Shown here piece by piece: positions 1 to 10,371 of a stretch of DNA of 64,000 bases. The DNA comes from Synechococcus sp. (GTDB taxonomy: Bacteria; Cyanobacteriota; Cyanobacteriia; PCC-6307; Cyanobiaceae): the NCBI GenBank assembly GCA_047285305.1, contig JBJBDL010000003.1:384001-448000 (forward strand), written 5' to 3'. Within the stretch, counting starts at the first letter, position 1. Every line of letters begins with the position of its first letter. The notes beneath the pieces are model-generated. The model searched no databases. It saw nothing but the letters and a program-made list of their open reading frames with translations, and was not told the DNA's origin. The position numbers and the translations under genes are program-made.

Positions 1-647
1 TGAAAATGCTGGAGGGCACGGTGGCCAACGTGCCACCCCAGGGCGGGCGCAAGCACCCCTATCAGGACTGCATCCAAATCGACACCAGCCAGATCCTGTT
101 CATCTGCGGTGGTGCCTTCGTCGGCCTGGACGACGTGGTGCAGAAACGCATGGGCCGTAATGCCATCGGCTTCATGCCCAGCGACGGCCGTGGACGCAGC
201 CGCGCCAACCGCGACCTTCAGGCCGCCCAAGTGCTGCGGCACCTGGAGCCGGATGATCTGGTGCGCTACGGCCTGATCCCCGAATTCATCGGCCGGATGC
301 CTGTGAGCGCCGTGCTGGAGCCCCTGGACGAAAGCGCCCTGCAATCGATCCTCACGGAGCCCCGCGATGCTCTGGTGAAGCAGTTCCGCACCCTGCTGAG
401 CATGGACAACGTGCAACTCCAGTTCGCCGATGACGCCATCGAGGCGATCGCCCAGGAGGCTCACCGGCGCAAGACCGGTGCCCGCGCCCTGCGCGGCATC
501 GTTGAGGAGCTGATGCTGGACCTGATGTACGACCTGCCATCGCAGACATCGGTGAAAGAGTTCACCGTCACCCGGGCGATGGTGGAGGAACACACGGGTG
601 GCAAGGTGCTGCCCCTGCCTGGCACGGAACAACAAAAGACCGCCTGA
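1..647 (+). CDS. clpX: ATP-dependent Clp protease ATP-binding subunit ClpX (3' part, 5' truncated by window)
   Basis: [21 protein letters not shown] loop, GLIPEFIGR and KTGARALR motifs typical of ClpX. Confidence 0.97.
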   Translation, partial: KMLEGTVANVPPQGGRKHPYQDCIQIDTSQILFICGGAFVGLDDVVQKRMGRNAIGFMPSDGRGRSRANRDLQAAQVLRHLEPDDLVRYGLIPEFIGRMPVSAVLEPLDESALQSILTEPRDALVKQFRTLLSMDNVQLQFADDAIEAIAQEAHRRKTGARALRGIVEELMLDLMYDLPSQTSVKEFTVTRAMVEEHTGGKVLPLPGTEQQKTA

Positions 648-651
648 AATC

Positions 652-1290
652 TTGGCTGCCGCTGACCATCTGGAGGTGACGCGGCAGCACGGCCTGTTCA
701 ACCACCACGGCATCGACCTCGGCGACGGAACCGTCGCTCACTATCTGGAAGGGCGTGAAATCCTGCGCAGCCCCTTGGAAGAGTTCTGCCAGGGGCAACC
801 GTTGCGGGTGATCAACTACGTCCAGGCATCTCCGCAGGGTGTGACCCTGCGCCGGGCCATGGGGCGCCTGGGGGAACAGGACTACAACCTGCTGTTCAAC
901 AACTGCGAGCACTTCGCCACCTGGTGCAAAACCGGACGTCATCGCAGTGGCCAGGTGGACTCCGTGCTGGAGCGCGCCCGCCACTGGAGCGGGCTGATGC
1001 CTTCGGCGCTGATGCGGGGCCTGGAGCTCCTGGTGCAGCGGGGCCTGCTCGATGACGACGCCCGTGCCAAGGCCAGGCGGGGTGTGGAGAAGCTGGAACG
1101 CCTGCGCCTCTTGCTGCTGCACAAGTTGGAGGGTCTGCTGGAGAGGGCGGGAGAGGGAACCAATCGCCGGCTGTTACTCACAGGCCAGAGCCTGGCCGAT
1201 GAACTGGCCGCCGTCGAAGACCTGCAACAGCGGATTGATGCCCTGCTCCAGCAGCACCCCGCCCTTCCAGGCTCCGAATCCTCTGAGTAA
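652..1290 (+). CDS. LRAT (lecithin retinol acyltransferase)-family, permuted NlpC/P60 protein
   Basis: HHGI H-box and YNLLFNNCEHFATWC NC motif; in-frame TTG start chosen just after the clpX stop. Confidence 0.85.
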   Translation: MAAADHLEVTRQHGLFNHHGIDLGDGTVAHYLEGREILRSPLEEFCQGQPLRVINYVQASPQGVTLRRAMGRLGEQDYNLLFNNCEHFATWCKTGRHRSGQVDSVLERARHWSGLMPSALMRGLELLVQRGLLDDDARAKARRGVEKLERLRLLLLHKLEGLLERAGEGTNRRLLLTGQSLADELAAVEDLQQRIDALLQQHPALPGSESSE

Positions 1291-1313
1291 TCTCCTCTCA
1301 ACGCTCGCGGCGC

Positions 1314-3209
1314 ATGAGTTCGGCCTACCAGCCGCTGCATCACAAATACCGGCCCCAGCGCTTTGATCAGCTGGTAGGGCAGGAGGCGATCGCCGCCACC
1401 CTGGGCCACGCCCTCACCAGCAATCGGATTGCACCGGCCTATCTGTTCAGTGGCCCGCGCGGCACCGGCAAAACCTCCAGCGCCCGCATCCTGGCCCGCT
1501 CGCTCAATTGCCTGAACAGCGAGGGGCCCACCCCAGAACCCTGCGGCACCTGCGAGCTCTGCACCACGATCGCCGCAGGCACCGCCCTCGATGTGATCGA
1601 GATCGATGCAGCCTCCAACACCGGCGTCGACAACATCCGCGAGCTGATCGAACGCTCCCGCTTCGCCCCGGTGCAGGCCCGCTGGAAGGTGTACGTGGTG
1701 GACGAGTGCCACATGCTCTCCACCGCAGCGTTCAACGCCCTGCTGAAAACCCTGGAGGAGCCACCGCCGCAGGTGGTGTTCGTGCTCGCCACCACCGACC
1801 CGCAACGGGTGCTGCCGACGATCCTGAGCCGTTGTCAACGCTTTGATTTCAGGCGCATTCCTCTGGATGCCCTCAACAAACATCTGAGCTGGATCGCCGA
1901 ACAGGAAGCGATCGAAATCAAGCCTGAGGCCATTCATGTGGTGGCCCAGCGTTCCCAGGGAGGCCTGCGGGATGCGGAAAGCCTGCTGGATCAGCTGAGC
2001 CTGCTGCCGCCGCCGATCGAAGCCGCTGCGGTGTGGGATCTGCTGGGGGCCGTGCCCGAACAGGAGCTTTTGGAACTGGTGGGGGCCATGAGCAGCGCCG
2101 AACCTGTGCAACTGCTGGAGGCCACCCGCAACCTGCTGGACCGGGGCCGGGATCCCGGGGCCGTGCTGCAGGGTCTGGCCGGGATGCTGCGGGATCTGGT
2201 GTTGATGGCGGCCGCTCCAGACCGACTGGAACTCACCAGCGTTTCGCCCCAGTTCCGCGAGCAGCTGCCCGCCCTCGCCAAGGCCATCGGCCGGGCCCGC
2301 TTGCTGCAATGGCAGGCCCAACTGCGCGGCACCGAGCAACAACTGCGCCAAAGCGTGCAGCCGCGCCTGTGGCTGGAAGTGCTGCTTTTGGGATTGCTGG
2401 CGGAACCGGTGGCAGCTCAGAGCGCAGCCGCAGCTCCAGCCCCAAGACAACCAGCAACAACGCAGCCGGCAGCAGCAAGTCCACCGACAACGCCAGTCGC
2501 CCCTCCTGCTCCCACGGCTTCCGCCGCAGCACCTGCAGCAGCCTCAGTCCCAGCAATCGAGGCCCCCAGCCCAAAACCAGCCCCCGCCCCAGCTCCATCG
2601 CCGGAACTGCCGACGGTCTCCACCCCTGCACCGGCAGCCAGCACCAACCTGCCCGAGCTATGGCAACAGATCCTTGGCAGCCTCGAACTGCCTTCCACTC
2701 GGATGCTGCTGTCGCAGCAGGCCCAACTGGTGCGCCTGGATGCCAACCGCGCCGTTGTTCAAGTGGCAGGCAACTGGATGGGGATGGTGCAGAGCCGGTC
2801 ATCCCTGCTGGAACAGGCCGTGGCCAAAGCGCTTGGAGGCTCGAGGCAGCTGGTGCTGGAGGCCAGCAACAGCACCATGCCACCTCCGCTGGCAACAGCC
2901 CCGGTCACAACTCCATCGATCACTCCACCACCAAGCGCGCCAACACCAGTCGCAACAACACCGGCGCCAACGCCAACACCCACGGCTGCACCGATCCCGG
3001 CTCCCCCAGCAACACCAGCACCAGCACCAGCACCGGCCGTTACACCAGAACTGCCGCGCACCCAACCAGAGCCGATCGAGCCGAAACCAACTCCACCCAC
3101 AGCCGAATCCAGCCCTCAACCAGGCCCGCCGTCAGGCCTGGATCGTCAGGCCCGCAACCTGGCGGACTTCTTCAATGGTCAGGTGCTCGACGTTGATGAG
3201 ATCAATTGA
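1314..3209 (+). CDS. dnaX: DNA polymerase III subunit gamma/tau
   Basis: KYRPQRF, GPRGTGKT Walker A, zinc module, EIDAAS, DECH, SRC motifs; Pro/Ala/Thr-rich linkers. Confidence 0.97.
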   Translation: MSSAYQPLHHKYRPQRFDQLVGQEAIAATLGHALTSNRIAPAYLFSGPRGTGKTSSARILARSLNCLNSEGPTPEPCGTCELCTTIAAGTALDVIEIDAASNTGVDNIRELIERSRFAPVQARWKVYVVDECHMLSTAAFNALLKTLEEPPPQVVFVLATTDPQRVLPTILSRCQRFDFRRIPLDALNKHLSWIAEQEAIEIKPEAIHVVAQRSQGGLRDAESLLDQLSLLPPPIEAAAVWDLLGAVPEQELLELVGAMSSAEPVQLLEATRNLLDRGRDPGAVLQGLAGMLRDLVLMAAAPDRLELTSVSPQFREQLPALAKAIGRARLLQWQAQLRGTEQQLRQSVQPRLWLEVLLLGLLAEPVAAQSAAAAPAPRQPATTQPAAASPPTTPVAPPAPTASAAAPAAASVPAIEAPSPKPAPAPAPSPELPTVSTPAPAASTNLPELWQQILGSLELPSTRMLLSQQAQLVRLDANRAVVQVAGNWMGMVQSRSSLLEQAVAKALGGSRQLVLEASNSTMPPPLATAPVTTPSITPPPSAPTPVATTPAPTPTPTAAPIPAPPATPAPAPAPAVTPELPRTQPEPIEPKPTPPTAESSPQPGPPSGLDRQARNLADFFNGQVLDVDEIN

Positions 3210-3237
3210 TGCGATCAGTTGATGGATTCCGCTGACG

Positions 3238-4485
3238 TCAGAACGAACCAAAGGGAGTGGCGGCAGGGTCGTACCCAATCACCTCCTGTTCACGCAGCGT
3301 GACGTAGCGAATGGCTTGGCGCCCCGCCCAGGAATAAGCCACATGCAGCTCACCGGGCTGCCCCTCGATCAGGGTTGGGTAGGCCAGTTGCCCATTGAGG
3401 TCCCAATTCATCGGCCCACAGAAGCCGAAACCGGTATCGATGTCGCGAATCCACGGCCAATTCAGGCCGTCGTCATCGCTAATGGCGATCGACAACGGCC
3501 ATCGGGTTCGGGGCCAACGGGCCTCCCCCCACTCCAGCGGCTCCCCCGACGCGGCCGGATCCGGCGCAAAGCCAAAGCGGTTGAAAATCATCGCCAATCG
3601 CCCACTCGCCAAACGACAGGCCTGGATAGAGCTGTTGTTGTTGGGCAGCTGAGTGGGCTCCGGAGCTGACCAGGTGTGGCCGTCATCTGAACTCACACTT
3701 CGGTAGATCTGATCCGCGAGGCGACTGCGAAAGAACTGGATCAATTGCTCGCCATCACGCGACGCAACGACGGAGCCATGCACCCTGCCAGTGCTGTCTG
3801 GAATGCCCAACGGCTTGTCCAGACACTGACCAGACGGATCCAAACGCACCATCTCGCTGTGGTCATGACCAAAGGCCCCGCCCGCTTCCAGGCTGCGGTA
3901 GATCGGCAACAACCACTGGCCGTTCTCCAGGGGATAGGGGGGATTTCGGCAGAAGGCGGGATCGTCAAACAGGTCAACGGGAGTCGACCATGCCTCGGCC
4001 GACCAGGTCTCAGATTCGGAAGGATCGAGGCCGTCCAGCGCCAGCCACTGATGCCGGAGCACAGCTGTCCACTGCATGGAAAAGCTGCTGGATGCGTCGA
4101 CAGCAGCGCGATCCTCTGGATCGCGAACCAATTGGGCCGAATGAATCAGGTGCAAACAACCGTCAGAGACGAACAGCAAGGGGTTCTGCTCCGACCGCTC
4201 CTGATCTCTGGAAATCCGCTGCGGTTCCGACCAACGTCCGCCATCGGCTCCCAATAGAGACAGAAACACCGACATCCCAGCGGTGCCCTCTCCGCTGCCT
4301 GCCATCCAGACACAGCCCAACAGATCGGGCCGGATCCAACACAACTGGGGCGCATGGTTTTGCTCCCCCATCGGCTCCAGCAACGCCCAAGCCCCCAGCT
4401 CAAAGGGGGTGACAAGAACCTGGCCCCAAGCCAAATCCTCAAAGCGATCTTCCGCCTGGGCAAACGATGAAAAAGGGAGAACCAT
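3238..4485 (-). CDS. BNR/Asp-box beta-propeller, sialidase-like protein
   Basis: Asp boxes SSDDGHTW and SDDDGLNW; NHAP, SEQNP, LPNNNS and YP motifs of BNR_2-type proteins. Confidence 0.8.
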   Translation of the reverse strand: MVLPFSSFAQAEDRFEDLAWGQVLVTPFELGAWALLEPMGEQNHAPQLCWIRPDLLGCVWMAGSGEGTAGMSVFLSLLGADGGRWSEPQRISRDQERSEQNPLLFVSDGCLHLIHSAQLVRDPEDRAAVDASSSFSMQWTAVLRHQWLALDGLDPSESETWSAEAWSTPVDLFDDPAFCRNPPYPLENGQWLLPIYRSLEAGGAFGHDHSEMVRLDPSGQCLDKPLGIPDSTGRVHGSVVASRDGEQLIQFFRSRLADQIYRSVSSDDGHTWSAPEPTQLPNNNSSIQACRLASGRLAMIFNRFGFAPDPAASGEPLEWGEARWPRTRWPLSIAISDDDGLNWPWIRDIDTGFGFCGPMNWDLNGQLAYPTLIEGQPGELHVAYSWAGRQAIRYVTLREQEVIGYDPAATPFGSF

Positions 4486-5804
4486 CAGACCTGGACGGGC
4501 TGGTCCTGACCATGGCTGGTTTTGGCCCAGACCAGGCGTTTGGGGAGCAGTGACATCCGCAATGTCACCCAGGGAATCACCACAAACCAGTGGCCCAGGT
4601 AGGCAATTGCGACAAGGAGATTGGACAAGCTCGCTGAGGGAATCGCCGGCCCTTCACTGCCATCGCGGCATCCGCGCCAATAGGCCAGACCCGACACGCT
4701 GAACGCCACCAAAGACAAGGGCCAGTAGACCGGCACGCTTCGGGTGATCAGAGCCGTGCCCAGATCCGCGAAGGACACCACCGGCAAGGCGTACTGGAGC
4801 AGAAAAAAGGCCGTCAGATCCCAGCGCTGGCGAAAACTCAACTGCGCTGAGGTGAGCACTGGCCAGTAATCGAAGAAGCGTTGCAAGCCACCTTCCGCCC
4901 AGCGCTGCCGTTGTTTCCACAAGGCCTGAAGACCGGGTACCGCCTCTTCCTGGACCGGAGGGTCCCACAACAATCCAACCAAAGCTCCGTGGGTCAGAAG
5001 ACGAAAGCTGAGGTCCAGGTCATCGGTGACGGTGTCTTCATTAAAACCACCACTGGACTCGAGCACGGAGCGTTTGATCAGCTGTCCGTTCCCCCGCAAT
5101 TCGGCCACGCCTGCATTGGCCAGGCGGCCTGACTGGATCACCGCATCCAGAGCCATTTCCATCGCCTGGGATCGCGTCAACCAATTGCGATCGGCATCAA
5201 TCACGGCCTTGCGCAGCTGCACCGCCGACCAACCACCATCCAGGGCGTAGGGGACAAGACGCTCGAGCAGGTCGTCCTGCAATTGGGCATCCGCGTCAAG
5301 CACCAGCAGCCAGTCACCCTTGAGACGGCTCAAGGCTGTGTTGAGCGCACCCGACTTGCCACCACCGGCATTGCGCTGGCGGTGGATCACATTGAGTCCC
5401 GGGTGCCGGGTGGCCAGATCGTCCAGCAACGCAGGCGTCCGATCAAGACTGCCGTCGTCGATCACCCAAGTGGTGAGTTGGCCGGACGGATAACGAAGAG
5501 ATGTGAGCCGTTCCACCAAACGCGGCACTACCGCCTCTTCATCGCGGGCCGCCACCACCACATCAAGGCTGGGAAGTTTGGCCGGATCGATCGCTGGTAC
5601 GGACTCCGATGACCCACGCGTCAGCTGCCCACGCATGACGGAACGGAGGCCATAGCCTCCAAGCATCAACGCAAGGCTGATGGCGGGCCAGAGAGAACGG
5701 GCGGGGTCGAGCCAGTGGGGAGCGGCACCAGCACATCCACAGGCGAACAGGAACGCTGCCGATTTCACCCGACGGTGATCACCCGATGTGGCGTTCGAGC
5801 TCAT
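4485..5804 (-). CDS. mgdA: GT2 glycosyltransferase, probable monoglucosyldiacylglycerol synthase
   Basis: DDGS, DAD, TDD and QRQRW (QXXRW) processive GT2 motifs with flanking transmembrane segments; specific assignment from recall of the cyanobacterial family. Confidence 0.7.
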   Translation of the reverse strand: MSSNATSGDHRRVKSAAFLFACGCAGAAPHWLDPARSLWPAISLALMLGGYGLRSVMRGQLTRGSSESVPAIDPAKLPSLDVVVAARDEEAVVPRLVERLTSLRYPSGQLTTWVIDDGSLDRTPALLDDLATRHPGLNVIHRQRNAGGGKSGALNTALSRLKGDWLLVLDADAQLQDDLLERLVPYALDGGWSAVQLRKAVIDADRNWLTRSQAMEMALDAVIQSGRLANAGVAELRGNGQLIKRSVLESSGGFNEDTVTDDLDLSFRLLTHGALVGLLWDPPVQEEAVPGLQALWKQRQRWAEGGLQRFFDYWPVLTSAQLSFRQRWDLTAFFLLQYALPVVSFADLGTALITRSVPVYWPLSLVAFSVSGLAYWRGCRDGSEGPAIPSASLSNLLVAIAYLGHWFVVIPWVTLRMSLLPKRLVWAKTSHGQDQPVQV

Positions 5805-5828
5805 CCAGCTGCCCAGGTGGGAAGGACT

Positions 5829-7388
5829 TTAAGGGGACTGCACCAGTGTTGAGAGTGGGCCGTAGACAGTCCCTGGGTAGTAATGGCTCAGGATCCGCTC
5901 CACGGGCCAGCCACGCCAGGCCAAATCAATGGCTCCAGCCTGCGACAAACCGGCCCCATGGCCAAAGCCACCACCCACCACCAACCAGCGTTCGCCCCCC
6001 TGAGGCTCCAAGACGAACAGGGTGCTGGGCAGGGTGCGAAGGGTGCGACGAATGGCATCCAACTTGAGGGTGACCGGAGCGGCGTCGCTGCTGCCTGAGA
6101 TCTGCAAGGCCAGCACCCGGCCGCTGGCACCCCGCTCCAGCACCTTCAATTGCAAAGGCGAAACCAGCGCGTCTGCGGCGGCTCCGAGGGCCTGACGCAA
6201 GGTCAGACCCGAAAGGATTCGGGTCCAGCGGAAGCGGGGGTGGCGCTGGCCAAAGGCCCCACTTCGATCCGCCAGCAACGCTTCCACCACCTTGCGCTGC
6301 TGCAGGGGCAAGGGATGACGGTTGCTCCAGCCCTCATCCCCATCCGGCTTCGCACGCAAGTAAATGGTGGGCTGCATGGCCCAGGCTTCCGGCCCGGCAG
6401 CCATCACCCCGCCATTGGTGGCGTGATACACCGCGCTGATTGGCCGGTTGTTCAGGCTGAGCAACTTGCCCTGGGTGGCCGCAATCGCCTCACGCACAGT
6501 GGCTCCCGCATGGCGGGGATCGCTGTAAACCTGACACTGGGTGTCGCTGCAGAGGTGATAGCCATCAATGCTGAAGCGATGGCTGTTGGCCAGAGCCCAG
6601 GTGCGCGCCAGAACGGTCTGGGCCTGCAACGCCGCCATCGGTGAACCCGCACCGATCTCGTGGGGCACCACCCCCTCGAGGTAGCGCTCCAAGGGCACCT
6701 GCTCCACCAACGTCCAGCTGCCGTAGGCATCCCGTTGCAAGCGGAAGGGCCCGTCAAAACGTCCACCAGCCCAGAGCAACCCATCCGAGGCCTCAATCAG
6801 AAGAGGTCCCTGCAGGGGGCGTCCCCCCGCCGACGTCTGCAACACCGGTTCGACGCTGCTGGTGACGGTGCCTTGCCAATCACGCACCGCCAGACCGTCG
6901 GGGACAGGCGAACCCTCCGGCGCCCACACCTCCCACTCCTTGGGATGGGCCACCTCGGCCGCAACCCCCAAAGCACGCCAACGGGAGGCGACACGATCCG
7001 CAGACTCAAAGCTGGCGTAGGGACCTGCAATCCGGCGGGCCAACTTGAGCGGACGGGCCTTGGCAACACTGCGCCAGGTGATCAGGAACCCTGAATCAAT
7101 GCCTTGCTCCCCGGTGGCGTCGCGAAGGCTGAGCGAGCCAGCAAAGGCCCGCAGATTCAAAGGAGCTGCTGTTTCCGCAGCACCGAGATGATCCGCCAAG
7201 GCCACCCAGAGCACCGGTTCATGACCTTCAACCCGCGGTGGGTCAGCGACGGAACGGTGCGTCGCCCGCTGAACCGGTTCCAGCAGAGTGGGCTCAGTCA
7301 AAGTGGGTTGAAGAGAATCAGCCTGCTCACGGGCGCGGCAGCCCAGTCCCATGCAGAGCAGCAATGTGAGCGTCAGGAGCCGAATCAT
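5829..7388 (-). CDS. SpoIID/LytB domain protein (peptidoglycan lytic transglycosylase-like lipoprotein)
   Basis: [57 protein letters not shown] lipobox. Confidence 0.9.
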   Translation of the reverse strand: MIRLLTLTLLLCMGLGCRAREQADSLQPTLTEPTLLEPVQRATHRSVADPPRVEGHEPVLWVALADHLGAAETAAPLNLRAFAGSLSLRDATGEQGIDSGFLITWRSVAKARPLKLARRIAGPYASFESADRVASRWRALGVAAEVAHPKEWEVWAPEGSPVPDGLAVRDWQGTVTSSVEPVLQTSAGGRPLQGPLLIEASDGLLWAGGRFDGPFRLQRDAYGSWTLVEQVPLERYLEGVVPHEIGAGSPMAALQAQTVLARTWALANSHRFSIDGYHLCSDTQCQVYSDPRHAGATVREAIAATQGKLLSLNNRPISAVYHATNGGVMAAGPEAWAMQPTIYLRAKPDGDEGWSNRHPLPLQQRKVVEALLADRSGAFGQRHPRFRWTRILSGLTLRQALGAAADALVSPLQLKVLERGASGRVLALQISGSSDAAPVTLKLDAIRRTLRTLPSTLFVLEPQGGERWLVVGGGFGHGAGLSQAGAIDLAWRGWPVERILSHYYPGTVYGPLSTLVQSP

Positions 7389-7445
7389 TCAGCGGGGGGC
7401 ACGTCGGGACGTATTGTTGTCGTTTGTGTCCGAACGAGCAGACCA

Positions 7446-7643
7446 ATGCCCAAGCTGAAGACCCGCAAAGCTGCCGCGAAGCGGTTCAAAGCAACCGGCA
7501 CTGGCAAATTTCTGCGTCGTCGCGCTTTCCGGAACCACCTGCTGGACCACAAAACCCCCAAGCAGAAGCGTCATCTGGCCACCAAGGCCGTGGTGGACCG
7601 CACCGATGAAGAGCGCGTGACCCTGATGATGCCCTACGCCTGA
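7446..7643 (+). CDS. rpmI: 50S ribosomal protein L35
   Basis: [21 protein letters not shown]. Confidence 0.98.
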   Translation: MPKLKTRKAAAKRFKATGTGKFLRRRAFRNHLLDHKTPKQKRHLATKAVVDRTDEERVTLMMPYA

Positions 7644-7699
7644 GCACAGCTGCTCAGACGAGACCGTTCAACAAGACCTGATCCAACCCTTCCAACCTC

Positions 7700-8047
7700 A
7701 TGGCCCGCGTCAAGAGAGGCAACGTCGCCCGTAAACGCCGCAACAAAATCCTGCGGCTGGCCCGTGGCTTCCGTGGTGGCAACGGAACCCTCTTCCGTAC
7801 AGCAAACCAGCGGGTGATGAAAGCCCTCTGCAATGCCTACCGCGATCGTCGTCGGCGCAAGCGCGATTTCCGTCGCCTCTGGATTGCCCGCATCAACGCC
7901 GCAGCCCGCCTGAATGGTGTGAGCTATAGCCGTCTGATGGGCGGTCTCAAGAAGGCCGATGTGCGCCTTAACCGCAAGATGCTGGCTCAGCTGGCGGTCG
8001 TTGACCCCGGCAGCTTCACCAACGTCGTGGCTGCAGCCAAGAGCTGA
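7700..8047 (+). CDS. rplT: 50S ribosomal protein L20
   Basis: MARVKRG...[17 protein letters not shown]; follows rpmI. Confidence 0.99.
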   Translation: MARVKRGNVARKRRNKILRLARGFRGGNGTLFRTANQRVMKALCNAYRDRRRRKRDFRRLWIARINAAARLNGVSYSRLMGGLKKADVRLNRKMLAQLAVVDPGSFTNVVAAAKS

Positions 8048-8058
8048 ATTTCCCAACC

Positions 8059-8577
8059 GTGAATCTGCTGCCCCAGACCTACCTGCTGGGCCTGGTCGGC
8101 CTGCTTGCCATCGTTGCGGTGGTGGTGGGCCGACAGTTTTTGCGTGTGCGTCGCGATGAAGCACGCTTGATTGAGCTCGAAAAATCCGACACGGTCTCGT
8201 CACGACAGGCATCTGACCTCTACGAGCTCGGATCCGTTCAACTACGGAAGAGGCTGTATCCACAAGCAGCTGCCACCTTGAAGCAGGCCCTGAAACGCCT
8301 GAGTGGTGAGCCGGATGAAGCCCGTGCGCTGATCGAAAATGCGCTTGGCTTTGCTCTGGCCGCACAAAAGGATTACTCCGGTGCCACCAAGCACTACAAA
8401 CTCGCCCTGAAGGCGAAAGCTGACTACCCCGTCGCCCTCAACAACCTGGCTTTCGCCCAGGAAAAGCTGCTGAAGGATGCTGAAGCGATTTCCCTCTACG
8501 AGAAGACGCTTCAACTCGAACCCGACAACGCCACCGCAAAGAAAGGGCTGAAGAAACTCAAGCGCCGCAACAGCTGA
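8059..8577 (+). CDS. ycf37: TPR protein, Ycf37/Pyg7-like photosystem I assembly factor
   Basis: N-terminal transmembrane helix plus three TPR-like repeats (YELG, NALG, NNLA); position after rplT. Confidence 0.7.
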   Translation: MNLLPQTYLLGLVGLLAIVAVVVGRQFLRVRRDEARLIELEKSDTVSSRQASDLYELGSVQLRKRLYPQAAATLKQALKRLSGEPDEARALIENALGFALAAQKDYSGATKHYKLALKAKADYPVALNNLAFAQEKLLKDAEAISLYEKTLQLEPDNATAKKGLKKLKRRNS

Positions 8578-8615
8578 GGGCTTTCGAATCTGCTGGATTT
8601 CCCACAAAGCTGGGC

Positions 8616-9161
8616 TTACCAGAGAGGCTGAACCGGAGGTTGCTCCTGGCAGCTGGGGGCCATCGCCAGGCGTCCACCCACTCCAGTACTGGGGTCGGCC
8701 ACGTTGATCAATCGAGGCGCCTGCCAGCTTGTGGGACTGAACATTTGCAGGCCGAGGAAGACGCCGCCAGGCTCAATCCCCGCGATCAGAGGATCCGCCA
8801 AGGGGATGAGATCCAGCTGATCCGACTTGGCATGGACATTGCCTTGAACCGGTGTGGTGACGGAACCAAGGGTCATCGTGCCCCGGAGATCCACCATCTG
8901 GCCCATCGCCGTCATCTGGGTGATGTCCAACGTGACATCGACGATGGGATTGCCATCAAAAGGCTCAAATGTGCCGCACCATTGACGGGGCAGCGATTCC
9001 GCCAGCTCTGCAGCGCGTGCGACAGGATCGAAGCTCTCAACCTCGAGTTCATTGAGCTCCAGGGGGACCGCTAACTGAATCGGATCCAGAGGCAACTGAG
9101 GATTGGTCTGGAACGACATCTGGCTGCCAGCCGGGAGATCCATGGCAAGCAGGAACGGCAT
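8616..9161 (-). CDS. Hypothetical protein
   Basis: 3' non-overlapping part of the 445-aa track ORF; fills the gap between ycf37 and thiG; start uncertain. Confidence 0.65.
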   Translation of the reverse strand: MPFLLAMDLPAGSQMSFQTNPQLPLDPIQLAVPLELNELEVESFDPVARAAELAESLPRQWCGTFEPFDGNPIVDVTLDITQMTAMGQMVDLRGTMTLGSVTTPVQGNVHAKSDQLDLIPLADPLIAGIEPGGVFLGLQMFSPTSWQAPRLINVADPSTGVGGRLAMAPSCQEQPPVQPLW

Positions 9162-9212
9162 GGAAGACGATGGATGATGAAGGAACGGTAGGCCCTTTTG
9201 CTCAGACGCGTC

Positions 9213-10031
9213 ATGGATTCGCCCTCCCCCAGCTCCGACCCCCTGACCATTGGCGGGCTTCAGTTCAACAGTCGTCTGTTCACGGGCACCGGCAAATATC
9301 CATCCATGACATCGATGCAGCAGAGCATCGAGCGATCCGGCTGCGACATGGTCACGGTGGCTGTGCGTAGGGTGCAGACCGTGGCGGCAGGCCATGAGGG
9401 CCTGATGGAAGCAATTGATTGGCAGCGGATCTGGATGCTGCCCAACACCGCGGGCTGCACCAATGCGGAGGAAGCGGTGCGTGTCGCCAGGCTTGGACGG
9501 GAGCTCGCCAAGCTGGCGGGACAGGAGGACAACACCTTCGTGAAGCTGGAGGTGATTCCTGACTCCCGGCATCTTCTGCCCGATCCGATCGGCACCCTGA
9601 ACGCCGCCGAAAGCCTGGTGAAAGAAGGGTTCACGGTGCTGCCCTACATCAATGCAGATCCCCTGCTGGCCAAACGGCTGGAGGAGGTGGGATGCGCCAC
9701 GGTGATGCCTTTGGGCTCTCCAATCGGCTCGGGCCAAGGGCTTAACAATGCCGCCAACATCGGTTTGATCATCGAAAACGCCGGGGTGCCGGTGGTGGTG
9801 GACGCCGGTATTGGTGTTCCAAGCGAAGCGGCACAGGCCCTCGAAATGGGCGCCGATGCCGTGCTGGTCAACAGCGCAATCGCCCTGGCGGGCGACCCCG
9901 CCGCCATGGCCGAGGCCATGGGCCAGGCGGTGATGGCCGGGCGGACCGCCCACCTCTCCAGGCGCTTGCCGCGGAGGGATCAGGCCTCTGCCAGTTCACC
10001 TACCACGGGCCTGGTTCAGTCACCCCGATGA
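9213..10031 (+). CDS. thiG: Thiazole synthase
   Basis: [40 protein letters not shown]. Confidence 0.97.
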   Translation: MDSPSPSSDPLTIGGLQFNSRLFTGTGKYPSMTSMQQSIERSGCDMVTVAVRRVQTVAAGHEGLMEAIDWQRIWMLPNTAGCTNAEEAVRVARLGRELAKLAGQEDNTFVKLEVIPDSRHLLPDPIGTLNAAESLVKEGFTVLPYINADPLLAKRLEEVGCATVMPLGSPIGSGQGLNNAANIGLIIENAGVPVVVDAGIGVPSEAAQALEMGADAVLVNSAIALAGDPAAMAEAMGQAVMAGRTAHLSRRLPRRDQASASSPTTGLVQSPR

Positions 10032-10123
10032 AGTGAAGAGACGTGAAGTGAGGTGAAGCCTGCTTCACAAAGGCAGGCAATGAGCATTTGGACTCATAAG
10101 GTCCGACCAGTCGCATTGGACCC

Positions 10124-10297
10124 ATGTCGGTCACCACGGAAGACGGCGGTCGTCTCAACGCCTTCGCCAAGGAGCCACGCATGGAGGTGATGGACGTCGC
10201 AACCAGTCAGAGCCGCAACCGCAGCTCAATGATGATGCTGGTCAGCGGTGGATTGATCGTGGCCGCGATGGTGGCGGTGACCGTCGCCATCAGCTGA
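10124..10297 (+). CDS. psb34: Ssl1498/Psb34-family small single-helix photosystem II assembly protein (57 aa, below ORF-track cutoff)
   Basis: Hand translation MSVTTEDGGRLNAFAKEPRMEV...GGLIVAAMVAVTVAIS; GRLNxFAxEP motif plus C-terminal transmembrane helix. Confidence 0.8.
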   Translation: MSVTTEDGGRLNAFAKEPRMEVMDVATSQSRNRSSMMMLVSGGLIVAAMVAVTVAIS

Positions 10298-10371
10298 GAC
10301 GGTTCACACTGAAAATCCCTGTAGTAGCTTGCCAAGACTGAGCATCACGCTCGTTCCAGCAGGAGTTTGGG

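Noticed and set aside
939..2450. Long antisense or alternative-frame ORFs (for example 939-2450, 10345-11649, 13033-14721, 33834-35114, 38848-39963)
   Set aside because: Shadows of high-GC core genes; no recognisable motifs
2400..3130. CCAGCA-rich low-complexity tracts in dnaX
   Set aside because: In-frame Pro/Ala/Thr linkers typical of tau; no frameshift signal or insertion evident
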